Made by a program: the position numbers and the translations under genes. Below the pieces are notes generated by a model. The model was given only the letters and a program-made list of their open reading frames with translations, ran no database searches and had not been told where the DNA came from. Below are positions 1 to 10,310 of a DNA stretch of 64,000 nucleotides, piece after piece. The stretch's first letter is position 1; each line of letters begins with the position of its first letter. The stretch lies in IMG/VR virus record IMGVR_UViG_3300050821_001858, positions 1 through 64,000 of that record; one strand, 5' to 3'. Source of the stretch: a virus.

Positions 1-1482
1 GATACAGTTTTGGATGGACTTCAAAGCTGTTTTGAAGAAATCCTCAAACTCCTAAACTTCCAAAATTTCGCCTATGAAATCTTCCGTCGTTGGTATATTG
101 ATGGTCGTTTGTATTTCCATTGTATCATCGACCCGGCTAACACAACCGATGGTCTTCAAGAAATTCGCTATATCGACCCCCGTAAGATTAGAAAAATCCG
201 TGAAGTTATTAAAGTGAGAGTTGCAGGAGGCGATGGCAATCTAGCGTCTGGCGCAGCGGTAGTAACTCAGCCCAAGAACGAGTACTATGTGTATAACGAT
301 AAAGGGTTTAACATAGGGAACCGTGTTGTTGGTGGTTCATCTGCCGCTCAAGGATTAAAGATTGCCAAGGATGCTATTGTATATGTTACATCGGGTATTA
401 CCGATACAGCCGGAACTATGTGTCTTGGTTACCTACACAAGGCTATCAAACCCTTAAACCAGCTTCGAACACTTGAAGATGCGGTCGTTATCTATCGACT
501 TGCCCGAGCACCGGAACGTCGTCTTTGGTATATTGACGTTGGTAACCTACCGAAACTTAAAGCTGAGCAATACGTTAGAGATATTATGGTTAAACACAAG
601 AACCGTGTTAACTATGATGCTTCTACCGGTAATATTCGTGATGATCGTAAGTTCATGACCATGTTGGAAGATTATTGGCTTCCACGCCGAGAAGGTGGTC
701 GAGGAACCGAAGTTTCAACTCTTCCGGCTGGTCAAAACCTAGGAGAAATGGAAGATGTCCTATATTTTCAGAAAAGGTTATATAACTCTCTGCACGTGCC
801 TATCAATCGACTTAATCCCGATAATCAATATGACCTTGGCATTGCTACTCAGATTACCCGTGATGAATTGAAATTTGGTAAATTCATCTCCCGTATGCGT
901 CTTCGTTTCTCCCAGATATTCATTAAGCTTTTAGAGAAACAAATTGTCCTTAAAGGTATAATGACAATCGAAGACTACCAGAAACTTATACCATATCTGG
1001 TATTCGATTTTGCTCGTGATAACTATTTCACCGAGCAAAAGAACCAATTCCTTTTGGAGGGTCGAATGAACCTTCTTATGCTTATGCAGCCGTTTGTTGG
1101 AAAATACTACTCCAATGCATGGGTTCGTAAGAATATCCTTACTCAGTCTATCCAAGATCAAGAGCAAATGGATAAGGAAATTGTAGAAGAATTGAATAAT
1201 CCATTGTACCACCAGATGCCTGCTGGTCCTCCTGAAGAGGATGATCAACAAGATGATGGGCAAGAGATGGGACCGCCGGGAGCAATAGTTGACCCTCGTT
1301 TGGCACCACCTAATGCCGGTGCTCCAAAGCCGGGCGGTGATACTCCGGGAATATCAACACCAAAAGGAAACGAAGCTAATCCCGATAATGCTCAAAACCG
1401 TAAAAATAAAAGGCACCCCAAAGAAGCAGGGGGAGGGGGAGATTTCAAAGCTTTGGCGTCCTTAATTAGCAAAACGACTTAA
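1..1482 (+). CDS. 20: Portal vertex protein gp20 (5'-truncated by window)
   Basis: T4-type portal motifs: RWYIDGRLY, YLHKAIKPLNQLRTLEDAVVIYRLARAPERR, EDYWLPRREGGRGTEV, ITRDELKF. Confidence 0.97.
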   Translation, partial: DTVLDGLQSCFEEILKLLNFQNFAYEIFRRWYIDGRLYFHCIIDPANTTDGLQEIRYIDPRKIRKIREVIKVRVAGGDGNLASGAAVVTQPKNEYYVYNDKGFNIGNRVVGGSSAAQGLKIAKDAIVYVTSGITDTAGTMCLGYLHKAIKPLNQLRTLEDAVVIYRLARAPERRLWYIDVGNLPKLKAEQYVRDIMVKHKNRVNYDASTGNIRDDRKFMTMLEDYWLPRREGGRGTEVSTLPAGQNLGEMEDVLYFQKRLYNSLHVPINRLNPDNQYDLGIATQITRDELKFGKFISRMRLRFSQIFIKLLEKQIVLKGIMTIEDYQKLIPYLVFDFARDNYFTEQKNQFLLEGRMNLLMLMQPFVGKYYSNAWVRKNILTQSIQDQEQMDKEIVEELNNPLYHQMPAGPPEEDDQQDDGQEMGPPGAIVDPRLAPPNAGAPKPGGDTPGISTPKGNEANPDNAQNRKNKRHPKEAGGGGDFKALASLISKTT

Positions 1483-1515
1483 TACCTAAATATTATAAAC
1501 CAAAAAGGAAAAAAT

Positions 1516-1743
1516 ATGCCTATTACATCCATGGATTTAGTTGCAAATATTTTAGATAACAAACCTGCTGAAGTTTCGGCTGGTTTTCATCAGGTTATGA
1601 TGGACAAAATTCACGCCCTAGTCAATGACCACAAAAAAGTCGTGGCAGCTAATCTATTTGGTGGGGGAGAAACTCCCTCTGTAACCCCTGAACCGGAGAC
1701 GAAAGATAATGAAAAAGTTGTCGCAGATAGTAAAGCTGAATGA
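1516..1743 (+). CDS. Small prohead core protein (gp67-like by position)
   Basis: 75 aa directly after portal, late promoter CTAAATA and RBS upstream. Confidence 0.5.
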   Translation: MPITSMDLVANILDNKPAEVSAGFHQVMMDKIHALVNDHKKVVAANLFGGGETPSVTPEPETKDNEKVVADSKAE

Positions 1744-2545
1744 AGCCCTAGATGATGGTTCCTACCTTCAGAATTATTCTCAAAAGACTGAAGTAGGAAA
1801 GTCATTCGTCGCCATTCACCGTGAAATGAATGCAACTCGTAAAGAGTTGGAAAAGGACCGTCTGAATAGCAATACTACGAATGTTGCTACCAAGACCTAT
1901 GATCGTTCCAAGGATCATATGGGCTACAATGCTAGCCCAAACAATATGGGCGATGACCTTACCAAGGCATTCCCGGCTATGAATAAGTTCAACGACTATC
2001 GCCTTCAGGATACTCCAAAGCCTGCCGATGCCTATCGTCTTCAAGATGAAGAAACTCAAATCAATGAAAATACATTCTCGTCACAAAGTGCTAGAGAATG
2101 TTACTATCACCATCATGGCATGTGCTTAAAGCACGATGATGCTATGAAAGCTGCACCTGATGAAAAAACCAAAGAATTTCATTGGGAAGCAATGAAACAT
2201 CATGCAAGACTACAACATATGTATGATCAGTTAAGTAATCATCTTTCAACTGCCCCCCATGTTAAAGAAAATACTGTTCTAGGGGTAGAAGGTACTACAT
2301 CAGAATCATCCGTTGAAGCCGGTCATACTGAGGAAACTATGAAGCCATTTAAATCGTTTCTAGAAGAAGCATCAGTCACTCGTAAGCATTTCCGTGAAGT
2401 CGCTAATACTGTTCGTGCTGTCGAAGACCCGGCGAAGCGTCAAGAACTAGCCGATCATCATGCAGCTATTTTCAAGCGAGCAAATCCGAATTTCTCTCAT
2501 GAGAAATTCCACGAAGCTTGTGGCACCCATTATCGTTGCGCATAA
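1709..2545 (+). CDS. Hypothetical head-module protein (possible internal protein)
   Basis: Long ORF between gp20 and gp21; several (L/I/V)xE motifs, His-rich segments. Confidence 0.5.
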   Translation: MKKLSQIVKLNEALDDGSYLQNYSQKTEVGKSFVAIHREMNATRKELEKDRLNSNTTNVATKTYDRSKDHMGYNASPNNMGDDLTKAFPAMNKFNDYRLQDTPKPADAYRLQDEETQINENTFSSQSARECYYHHHGMCLKHDDAMKAAPDEKTKEFHWEAMKHHARLQHMYDQLSNHLSTAPHVKENTVLGVEGTTSESSVEAGHTEETMKPFKSFLEEASVTRKHFREVANTVRAVEDPAKRQELADHHAAIFKRANPNFSHEKFHEACGTHYRCA

Positions 2546-2554
2546 GGATTTAAC

Positions 2555-3187
2555 ATGACCCAAATTAACGAAGTCACCCCTCCGGGGATACCTGATAAAG
2601 ATGTGAAGGACATGAAGCCTTCATTCAAGAAGCAATATGGTGATCGCTGGAAGAGCGTGATGTACGCTACCCTATGGAAGCGTCATAACAAAAACGAAGA
2701 TACTCGTATTGAAATGATCAACTATATTTGGGAACACGTTCATCCATCACGTAAGGTCGAAGAAAACCAAGCTATTCTAGTTATGCATCCCGAGCAAGGT
2801 CGTCAAGCACGCCCCCTTGTGGAAATGTCGGATAATGAAATTGAACATCATTATATGAATATCAAAAAGATCAAAGAAGATGCTATTGACGACCAACTAG
2901 CACGCCATGGTCTATCTCGTCAATCTGTAAATAATCTTAATAAGTCTAAAGGTCTTGTTGATTTGAGTAAGTTTAAACGACCAAAACCACAGGCTGCTAA
3001 AGCTGTTGTTGATGAAGCTTGGGCTGGTGATAAGACAGGTGAAAATGCCACTAACCCTAAGAAAAAGGGAATGTGGGCTGGCTACAGTTTAGAGGATTTA
3101 CACAAGGCTCGAAAGACTGCATCTGGTACAAGATTGAAAGAAATTGATTTTGCAATTCGCGCGAAAACAGGATGGGGTAAGGTTTAA
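2555..3187 (+). CDS. Hypothetical head-module protein
   Basis: ORF with RBS, Lys-rich, INE/IKE/VDE motifs. Confidence 0.5.
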   Translation: MTQINEVTPPGIPDKDVKDMKPSFKKQYGDRWKSVMYATLWKRHNKNEDTRIEMINYIWEHVHPSRKVEENQAILVMHPEQGRQARPLVEMSDNEIEHHYMNIKKIKEDAIDDQLARHGLSRQSVNNLNKSKGLVDLSKFKRPKPQAAKAVVDEAWAGDKTGENATNPKKKGMWAGYSLEDLHKARKTASGTRLKEIDFAIRAKTGWGKV

Positions 3188-3603
3188 TGTCAGTCGTATT
3201 AAATAAATTCAATATATTCGTTGCTGACCTAGCAGCTAAAGTTCATAACCTCGACAACGACGTTTTGAAAGTTGCTTTATGTAATGCTGCTCCAAATTCG
3301 AATAACACAGTTTTAGCTAACTGTACTCAAATTTCACAAGCAGGTGGTTATCTAACTGGTGGTCTACAAGCTACCCAAAATTCAGGGGGACAAGCTAACG
3401 GATTATATACTTTGATCCTGAATAGTATTGTTTTTACTGCTAATGCTTCGATGGGTCCGTTCCGTTGGGCAGTTTTATACAATTCAACCGCTACTTCCAA
3501 TAATCTTATCGGATGGTATGATTATGGTTCTAATGTAACCTTGTCAGCAAATGAAACGTTCTCAGTTCAATTCACCGCAAATGGTGTATTAACACTACAA
3601 TAA
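3187..3603 (+). CDS. Putative virion structural protein
   Basis: Asn/Thr/Gly/Ala-rich beta-type composition, in head cluster. Confidence 0.55.
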   Translation: MSVVLNKFNIFVADLAAKVHNLDNDVLKVALCNAAPNSNNTVLANCTQISQAGGYLTGGLQATQNSGGQANGLYTLILNSIVFTANASMGPFRWAVLYNSTATSNNLIGWYDYGSNVTLSANETFSVQFTANGVLTLQ

Positions 3604-3618
3604 AAGGTAAATAATACT

Positions 3619-3867
3619 ATGAGTTTAGATGCAGTATTAAAACTTAGAGGGCTTGAACTTTCTTGCAATACCGCTAACAACGTTGCAAACGCTACGTATG
3701 TACGTGTCTATGTACCTGCTGCTGCACTTATCACTGTAGCATATGCCAATGGTGTAAATTATGGATCGTTTACTGCACTTGGTAATAACGAATATATTCT
3801 TGTTAAGAAACCAACTGATACCGTTCAAGGCACCAGTTGCAACGCAGTATCAATAGGATTTAATTAA
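3619..3867 (+). CDS. Hypothetical small structural protein
   Basis: ORF with RBS abutting gp21. Confidence 0.5.
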   Translation: MSLDAVLKLRGLELSCNTANNVANATYVRVYVPAAALITVAYANGVNYGSFTALGNNEYILVKKPTDTVQGTSCNAVSIGFN

Positions 3868-4536
3868 ATGAAGCTACTTACGGAACTTTACGAAACAGTC
3901 GAATATATTACTGAAGAAGTAAATGGCGGAAAACGTACCTTTATTAAGGGTATTTTTGCCGAAGCCGAAGTATTGAATCGCAATAAGCGCATGTATCCAA
4001 TGCCTATTCTTGAACGTGAGATTACCCGGTACACGAAGGAGAATATCTCCACAAACTCAGCATACGGAGAGTTAAATCATCCCGATGGACCGGGTATTAA
4101 CCTTGATCGAGCATGTATCCTTATCAAGGAAATGAACAAGGATGGTAATGCTTTTATTGGTAAGGCTCTGGTTACTTCCACCCCTATGGGGAAGATTGTA
4201 GAAGGTCTAATTGCTGACGGTGCTAGATTGGGAGTTAGCACCCGAGCATTAGGCTCTCTACAGCCTATTAAGGAAGGTGTAAATGAAGGGTCGTTTCTGG
4301 TACGTCCCGATCTACGATTGCTCGCCGTGGACGTAGTTGCTGACCCTTCAGCCCCTAATGCTTTTGTAAACGGTATTCTTGAAGACCGTGAGTACATTTA
4401 CGATGCTTCCAAAAATATTTTTGTCGAAGAATTCCTTGATGAAACCAAGAAAGTCCTTAAAAATATGGATCAAAAGCGTGTTGATGAAGCTAAATTGGCT
4501 ATGTTCCAAGAATTTTTGGATAAACTGGCTTCATAA
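3868..4536 (+). CDS. 21: Prohead core protease gp21
   Basis: NRNKRMYP, GELNHPDGP, TPMGKIV, LGVSTRALGSL, DVVADPSAPNAFV. Confidence 0.97.
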   Translation: MKLLTELYETVEYITEEVNGGKRTFIKGIFAEAEVLNRNKRMYPMPILEREITRYTKENISTNSAYGELNHPDGPGINLDRACILIKEMNKDGNAFIGKALVTSTPMGKIVEGLIADGARLGVSTRALGSLQPIKEGVNEGSFLVRPDLRLLAVDVVADPSAPNAFVNGILEDREYIYDASKNIFVEEFLDETKKVLKNMDQKRVDEAKLAMFQEFLDKLAS

Positions 4537-4584
4537 AGAAAAGAATATTCTAAATAATATTGAGCATTTATAGGAGAAATAATA

Positions 4585-5595
4585 ATGGTAAAGAAAGACA
4601 ATAAGAAGGTGAATGAAGATTCTGTTGCTGCTGAAACAGTGCATCCAGACACTCGCCCTGCAAATCTTCCTCGCACCAAATTTGACACCATTAAGGCAGT
4701 TATTGGTAAGTTTGCCGAAATGACTGACGAAGATTTGAATAACTTCGAAAAGATTTTCACCAGTGTCCAGTTCAAAGGTGATCTTCCTTCTCGTGTATCT
4801 TCAGAACATAACAAGGCAACTATTGAAGCGCATCCTTCCCATGCGGTTGGTAAAGCAGTCAAGGAAGACATTGAAGCCCTTTTAGCTGGCGGCGAAGGTC
4901 TATCCGAAGAATTTAAGACCCAGGCTGCTGTGCTTTTTGAAACAGCCCTTAACGCTCAACTTCAGCTTAAGGAACTAGAACTTCAGGAACAATTCGACAA
5001 GGAACTTGACGAAAAGGTTCGAGAAATCCTCGAAAACACTTCCGATTCAGTTGACACTTTCTTGAATTATACCGCTCAGAACTGGCTTAAGGAAAACAAG
5101 GTCGCTGTTGAGCATGCTCTTAAGATTGCCGTCTATGAAGATTTCATTGCTGGCATGAAGAAGGTATTTGAGGAAACTCATATCAATATTCCTGAAAACA
5201 AAGTTGATGTTGTTGAAACCCTTGCTTCAGAGGTTTCGGAACTTCAGGATGCTCTTTCTGAAGCAATCAAGGAAAACGCTGATCTACGTCAGCAAGTTAA
5301 CGAAGCTGCACGTACTAAGGTAGTTGCCAAGCTTTCTGAGGGGCTAACTACTCTTGATATTGAGAAGTTCAAGAAGTTTTCTGAAAGCGTTGAAGCCGAA
5401 GATATCGAAGAGTTTTCTTCGAAGCTTAAGGTTATTCGTGAAAGCAACTTCCTTAAGGACCTAAAGAAGCCTTCGCTTCTAGCGGAACAAATGGAAGAGG
5501 TTGATGAGACAAAGCAGAACAATGAGGAACCTAAGGAAGTTTCTCCAGCTATGAAGTCTTACGTTGATACAATTCGTCGTACTAACCGTTTCTAA
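4585..5595 (+). CDS. 22: Prohead core scaffold gp22
   Basis: LSEEFKTQAAVLFE, WLKENKVAVE, acidic coiled coil between gp21 and gp23. Confidence 0.93.
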   Translation: MVKKDNKKVNEDSVAAETVHPDTRPANLPRTKFDTIKAVIGKFAEMTDEDLNNFEKIFTSVQFKGDLPSRVSSEHNKATIEAHPSHAVGKAVKEDIEALLAGGEGLSEEFKTQAAVLFETALNAQLQLKELELQEQFDKELDEKVREILENTSDSVDTFLNYTAQNWLKENKVAVEHALKIAVYEDFIAGMKKVFEETHINIPENKVDVVETLASEVSELQDALSEAIKENADLRQQVNEAARTKVVAKLSEGLTTLDIEKFKKFSESVEAEDIEEFSSKLKVIRESNFLKDLKKPSLLAEQMEEVDETKQNNEEPKEVSPAMKSYVDTIRRTNRF

Positions 5596-5652
5596 TAAGT
5601 GAAGAACAGAATTATATAAATAAAAATAACTAATAATAAAGGAGTTTTGAAA

Positions 5653-7071
5653 ATGAATCAGCAATATCCAGTTGATGAAATGCAAAAGAAGTGGAAGGAC
5701 GTTCTCGACGTAGACGTTTATCCGGCTATTGGCGATTCTCATCGACGCCGTGTTACCGCACAGCTTTTGGAAAACACCGAGCGTGAGTTAGGTCAGTATC
5801 GTGATCGTTCACAGTTTCTTTTGGAAACTTCACCAACCAACTCGATGGGTCTTTCTTCATCGACCGCTGGCGCTGGTGCAATTGACACCTTCGACCCGAT
5901 CTTGATCTCCCTTATTCGTCGTGCAATGCCTAATCTTATTGCATACGAACTTTGTGGTGTTCAGCCGATGACTGGTCCGACTGGTTTGATCTTCGCAATG
6001 CGTTCACGCTATGCTAACCAAGCTGGTAACGAAGCATTCTTCTACGAAGCTAACACTGGTTTCTCTGCTCGTGGTGGTGCTAACGCAACTTCCAACACAC
6101 AGGCTGGTTCTGCTGGTCCGTGGGCAAATGATACTGCTCCGGGTGGTGCCGCAAACAACGTAGGTTCTAACTCAACCTATACTATCCCGTCAGTTTCAAA
6201 CAACGCTGGTAACTCCACCTATAACTATGCTGGTGGTTTGTTTACCGGTCTTGCTGAAGGTTTGGGTTCTAACACAACCGCAATCTTCCCTGAAATGGCG
6301 TTCTCTATCGAGCGTGTTACGGTCACTGCACTTAGCCGTGGTCTTAAGGCTGAATACTCGATGGAACTTGCACAGGACTTGAAGGCAATTCATGGTCTTG
6401 ACGCAGAAACCGAGCTATCGAATATTCTTTCGACTGAAATTCTTGCTGAAATCAATCGTGAAGTTATTCGTACTCTTAACGTAACCGCTGTTTCCGGCGC
6501 ACAGGACAATACTACCACTGCTGGTATCTTTGACCTTGACGTTGACTCTAACGGTCGTTGGATGGTTGAAAAGTTCAAGGGTCTTCACTTCCAGATTGAA
6601 CGTGAAGCTAACCAGATTGCTAAGCAGACCCGACGTGGTAAGGGTAACCTAATGCTTTGTTCTTCTGACGTTGCATCAGCACTTCAGATGACTGGCATGC
6701 TATCCAACACCCCTGGTCTTAACGGCAACAAGCTTGAAGTTGACGACATGGGCAACACCTTCGCAGGTGTTCTTAACGGACGCATTAAGGTCTATATTGA
6801 CCCGTATGCTCTTGGTGGTCAGTACATGACAGTCGGTTATAAGGGTAACAACCCGTTTGACGCTGGCTTCTTCTATTGCCCGTATGTTCCTCTACAGATG
6901 GTTCGTGCTGTCGATCAGAGCACCTTCCAGCCTAAGATCGGATTTAAGACCCGATATGGTATGGTCGCTAACCCGTTCGCAGTCGGTATGCCAGTTGGTC
7001 ACGTCTCCGGTACTCTTACCCAAGACTCCAACCAATACTACCGCCGTGTAATCATAAATAATCTCCAATAA
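5653..7071 (+). CDS. 23: Major capsid protein gp23
   Basis: DPILISLIRRAMPNLIAYELCGVQPMTGPTGLIFAMR, LKAEYSMELAQDLKAIHGLDAE, FQPKIGFKTRYG. Confidence 0.98.
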   Translation: MNQQYPVDEMQKKWKDVLDVDVYPAIGDSHRRRVTAQLLENTERELGQYRDRSQFLLETSPTNSMGLSSSTAGAGAIDTFDPILISLIRRAMPNLIAYELCGVQPMTGPTGLIFAMRSRYANQAGNEAFFYEANTGFSARGGANATSNTQAGSAGPWANDTAPGGAANNVGSNSTYTIPSVSNNAGNSTYNYAGGLFTGLAEGLGSNTTAIFPEMAFSIERVTVTALSRGLKAEYSMELAQDLKAIHGLDAETELSNILSTEILAEINREVIRTLNVTAVSGAQDNTTTAGIFDLDVDSNGRWMVEKFKGLHFQIEREANQIAKQTRRGKGNLMLCSSDVASALQMTGMLSNTPGLNGNKLEVDDMGNTFAGVLNGRIKVYIDPYALGGQYMTVGYKGNNPFDAGFFYCPYVPLQMVRAVDQSTFQPKIGFKTRYGMVANPFAVGMPVGHVSGTLTQDSNQYYRRVIINNLQ

Positions 7072-7097
7072 ATTTACATACTTTTGTAAATTTCAAG

Positions 7098-7134
7098 ATA
7101 AATACTCCCATTGGAAACTTTGGGAGTATTTTTT
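7098..7134 (+). promoter_or_regulatory. Late promoter overlapping an RBS-sequestering hairpin (also gp23 terminator-like)
   Basis: ATAAATA at 7098; AATACTCCCA/TGGGAGTATT 10-bp stem covers the GGGAG RBS and is followed by a T-run. Confidence 0.7.
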
Positions 7135-7725
7135 ATGAGAGAACGATATACATCTGGATTTGTTTATATTTGGCGTGATAAAAAACACAAACGTTATTAT
7201 ATTGGATCACATTGGGGACCTGAAGATGATGGATATATATGTTCATCAAACTGGATGAAACAAGCTTATAAAATTCGCCCCCAAGATTTTAAAAGACGAA
7301 TAATCAAACGTATCTACACATCACGGGCTGACTTATTAGCTGAAGAAAACAGATATCTTCAAATGATCAAATCTGAAGAAATCAAACATCGATATTACAA
7401 TCTATCAAAATCAAATGCTCTTAATCATTGGACAGGAAATAAAGACAAATATGATAAGATATCTGAAAACATGAAAGGAAATAAACACGGGGCTGTTCCT
7501 TGTTCCCCCGAGAAAGCCAAGAAAATATCAGAAGCTAAAAAAGGAATAAAATTTTCCCTTGAACACATTCAAAAACTGTCTGAAGCTAAAAAAGGTACTA
7601 AACATACCGAAGAACGGAAAGAGGCTGCTCGTATTCGGATGAAAAAACAATGGGAAACCGGTGCACGGAAAGGTAAGCCGAGAATAAATAAACCACATGC
7701 TTTAGAATTAAAACTGAAGCGTTAG
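7135..7725 (+). mobile_element. Free-standing GIY-YIG (Seg-like) homing endonuclease with NUMOD3-like repeats
   Basis: GFVY..WRD...YYIGSH, KKISEAKKG / KLSEAKKG repeats; AT-rich insertion after gp23. Confidence 0.85.
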
Positions 7726-7985
7726 GAAGGCAAAAGGGGGCTCACACTTGCCCCCTTTTTTATTTTATTAAATGGCTCTTCGCCAATTATTTGAAAATCA
7801 GTCATACGAATATGCCCCGGTGTATCAGTCCAACTTATGGAAACTGGCCAACGAAAGCTGTGCGTTTTAACAAGTTCAAAAAAATAATCCCTTGTCCTAG
7901 GAAAAAATCTATCGTGAAGTCTTTCTCTTTCCTGTCTCTCAAGCATCCTCAGCATATCATTCTCCAAATAGAGATTCAAGAACAA
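7722..7985 (-). CDS. Hypothetical protein
   Basis: Last of a chain of overlapping minus-strand ORFs. Confidence 0.4.
   Translation of the reverse strand: MFLNLYLENDMLRMLERQERERLHDRFFPRTRDYFFELVKTHSFRWPVSISWTDTPGHIRMTDFQIIGEEPFNKIKKGASVSPLLPS
7732..7765. terminator. Bidirectional intrinsic terminator
   Basis: AAAAGGGGGC...GCCCCCTTTTT between convergent genes. Confidence 0.8.
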
Positions 7986-8169
7986 AACGTAAAGTACTAA
8001 TCGGTAATGAATGTGTAGCAGGAGTTAAGTTAATATTATATCCCCAAATGTTCAAGCTTGTATAAACAAAAGCCTTTGTTTGTGCTTTCGTATCAGCAAA
8101 AAATTTTCGTTCCATAATAGACTGAATATGAAGCATGTCAGTCTTATTATATCCTGCCCTATTCATCAA
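7957..8169 (-). CDS. Hypothetical small protein
   Basis: Chain of overlapping minus ORFs. Confidence 0.45.
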   Translation of the reverse strand: MMNRAGYNKTDMLHIQSIMERKFFADTKAQTKAFVYTSLNIWGYNINLTPATHSLPISTLRFVLESLFGE

Positions 8170-8356
8170 ATATCCCCTTTATAATTTCTGACCATCTAGA
8201 CTTAGTAGAAAACGAATACATAGAGGATATAATAATTGAACTCCGAATTGTAAGGTTATTTGTAACTATCATCCACTCACGATGAGCCTCACTTATTCTA
8301 CAATACAATCGTTCTCCTTGCTCTGCTATATTAAGCATTCTAATCTCTCCGATCAA
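8159..8356 (-). CDS. Hypothetical small protein
   Basis: Chain of overlapping minus ORFs. Confidence 0.45.
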   Translation of the reverse strand: MIGEIRMLNIAEQGERLYCRISEAHREWMIVTNNLTIRSSIIISSMYSFSTKSRWSEIIKGIFDE

Positions 8357-8633
8357 ATACTCTATTATGTACCATTAAATGGTTCCATAATCTAGCTTGT
8401 AAGAATTGTGCTTGAAATGTATCCCTTGTTATGGAATATTGATCATATACTGTCATTTCATTAGGCATCTTATCTCTTATGTCTTGGGTAAACCTCCACA
8501 TATAAAAATGTTTATCACAAAAATCTTTAGGGGTAAGTTTCTTAACATAGACTTCGTAATTATTCAAACCTAACGCTCCATCCTTTTTAGTATAATCAAT
8601 AATAACCTCTTTTGGATCAATACGTGTAATCAT
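8340..8633 (-). CDS. Hypothetical protein
   Basis: First ORF of minus-strand chain, divergent from gp3. Confidence 0.5.
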   Translation of the reverse strand: MITRIDPKEVIIDYTKKDGALGLNNYEVYVKKLTPKDFCDKHFYMWRFTQDIRDKMPNEMTVYDQYSITRDTFQAQFLQARLWNHLMVHNRVFDRRD

Positions 8634-8646
8634 CCTAAATATTCCT

Positions 8647-9213
8647 ATGGTTACAGCTAATGGAATTCCTCATGGCGTTCTTCTACAGAACCCTGAAAAT
8701 AACAATCTTTTAAGCCCGTTAAACTTCGTAATGAGGATTCAACGAGCCCCTTCGACCAACTGGTTCATCCAGAAGTTGAACATGCCGGGGGTCCAGTTAC
8801 GACCTGTCATACAGAATACACCATTTGCTGACATTTGGCAACCCGGTGATCATTTAACCTATTCCCCCTTCAAGATTCAATTCAGGGTTGATGAAAGCTT
8901 GCAAAATTACTTCGAATTGCTCAATTGGATCACGGCTTTAGGTCTACCCAAGGACTTTGATGGATATGCTGCACTTGCGAAGGAACCGGAGTGGACTGGC
9001 TTGGGGGTAAAATCTGATATCACCTTAACGATTCTTGACTCAGCACGCAATGCATTGTATACTGTCTACTTTCACGATTCATTCCCCATCGATCTATCGG
9101 ATATGAATTTTGATTTGACTCCCCAAGGTATCAACTATCAATTCGCATCAGCAACATTCCGTTATACAACTTATACGTTTGAAAAAGTCTATCGTCCTGA
9201 TGCTAACCCCTAA
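8647..9213 (+). CDS. 3: Tail tube terminator / tail completion gp3-like
   Basis: NLLSPLNF, QKLNMPG, PGDHLTY, FRVDESLQNY, SDITLTILDS, FPIDLS; late promoter. Confidence 0.8.
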   Translation: MVTANGIPHGVLLQNPENNNLLSPLNFVMRIQRAPSTNWFIQKLNMPGVQLRPVIQNTPFADIWQPGDHLTYSPFKIQFRVDESLQNYFELLNWITALGLPKDFDGYAALAKEPEWTGLGVKSDITLTILDSARNALYTVYFHDSFPIDLSDMNFDLTPQGINYQFASATFRYTTYTFEKVYRPDANP

Positions 9214-9222
9214 GGATAAATT

Positions 9223-9405
9223 ATGAAGTATTTTTGGAAACGTCTCTATGAAGTTGGTATCTTCTGGGGAGCAATGTTCACATTACTGATATTCATGCTT
9301 TTATTGCTCGTATCAACATCAATTGAAATTTTTCATTTCACTATCTTATTCGTGGTTGTAATGTTAATTGGTTTACTTGTCATCAAGTGTGGACATTGGG
9401 CGTGA
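9223..9405 (+). CDS. Small membrane protein
   Basis: Two hydrophobic segments, RBS. Confidence 0.5.
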   Translation: MKYFWKRLYEVGIFWGAMFTLLIFMLLLLVSTSIEIFHFTILFVVVMLIGLLVIKCGHWA

Positions 9406-9590
9406 AGGGCACCATCCAAGTTGATTCAACATTATCCAACGATATAGATATCTATATAGATATAATTCTTCATATCCGCCCTACATGGACATTATAGCGT
9501 CGTCCCCGGTAAAAGTCAAGCACTTTTTTATCACTTTTTCGTGATCGAAATTCTCTTGACATTTCAGCGATTTAGCGTATGATCCCTTCT

Positions 9591-10310
9591 ATGAGAATTG
9601 TTTTCTTTTCCGACCTACATCTTACCCATTGGGAACGCATCATTGGCAATGAACGGCTTAATGAAAATCTTGAGCGTATTGTTGAGGAATGTACTGATGC
9701 TAACCCTGATTTGATCGTAAATCTTGGCGATACAGTCGAGGCTCCTGATTGGGAAGCTAATCCTAATTTTATGAAGGAGATGTTCGAAGGACTTCCCTAC
9801 TTTGAGATTATGGGCAATCATGATTTTTATCATGGTTCGTTTGGTTCAACTTGTGAAGTTCATAATATTGGAGATGATAAGCTTTTTCTTGGTACCTTAT
9901 GGACTAATTTTAGAAACAATCCTCTTGCTGCCATGGTCGCTCAGCGATCAATCAATGATTTCAGGCTCATTCGCGAATGCACGTCTGATGTAGCTATTAA
10001 TGCCTATCTTAGTGCGGTTGAGAAGATTAATGCGGAAAAACCAACGATTGTCTGTACTCATTTCCCGCCAGTAAAGGTTTGCGTCGATAATGTTCGTCAT
10101 CCGCCTGATATGTTGACTAATTACTTCGTTAATGACATGGCGGATTTGTTCGGACGTTCTCCACAAATCAAGATTTGGCTGGCTGGTCATACTCATGCTG
10201 ACTTCGATGTCACTGTTAGAGGAATTAGAGTTGTTTCTAATCAACTTGGTTATCCTTCGGAAAATTTTAATGATATTGAAGATTATCATCCTAAAGTCGT
10301 CTACACATGA
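9591..10310 (+). CDS. Calcineurin-like metallophosphoesterase
   Basis: SDLH, GD, GNHDFY, TH, GHTH motifs; start moved to ATG after TTGACA/TATGAT promoter. Confidence 0.9.
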   Translation: MRIVFFSDLHLTHWERIIGNERLNENLERIVEECTDANPDLIVNLGDTVEAPDWEANPNFMKEMFEGLPYFEIMGNHDFYHGSFGSTCEVHNIGDDKLFLGTLWTNFRNNPLAAMVAQRSINDFRLIRECTSDVAINAYLSAVEKINAEKPTIVCTHFPPVKVCVDNVRHPPDMLTNYFVNDMADLFGRSPQIKIWLAGHTHADFDVTVRGIRVVSNQLGYPSENFNDIEDYHPKVVYT

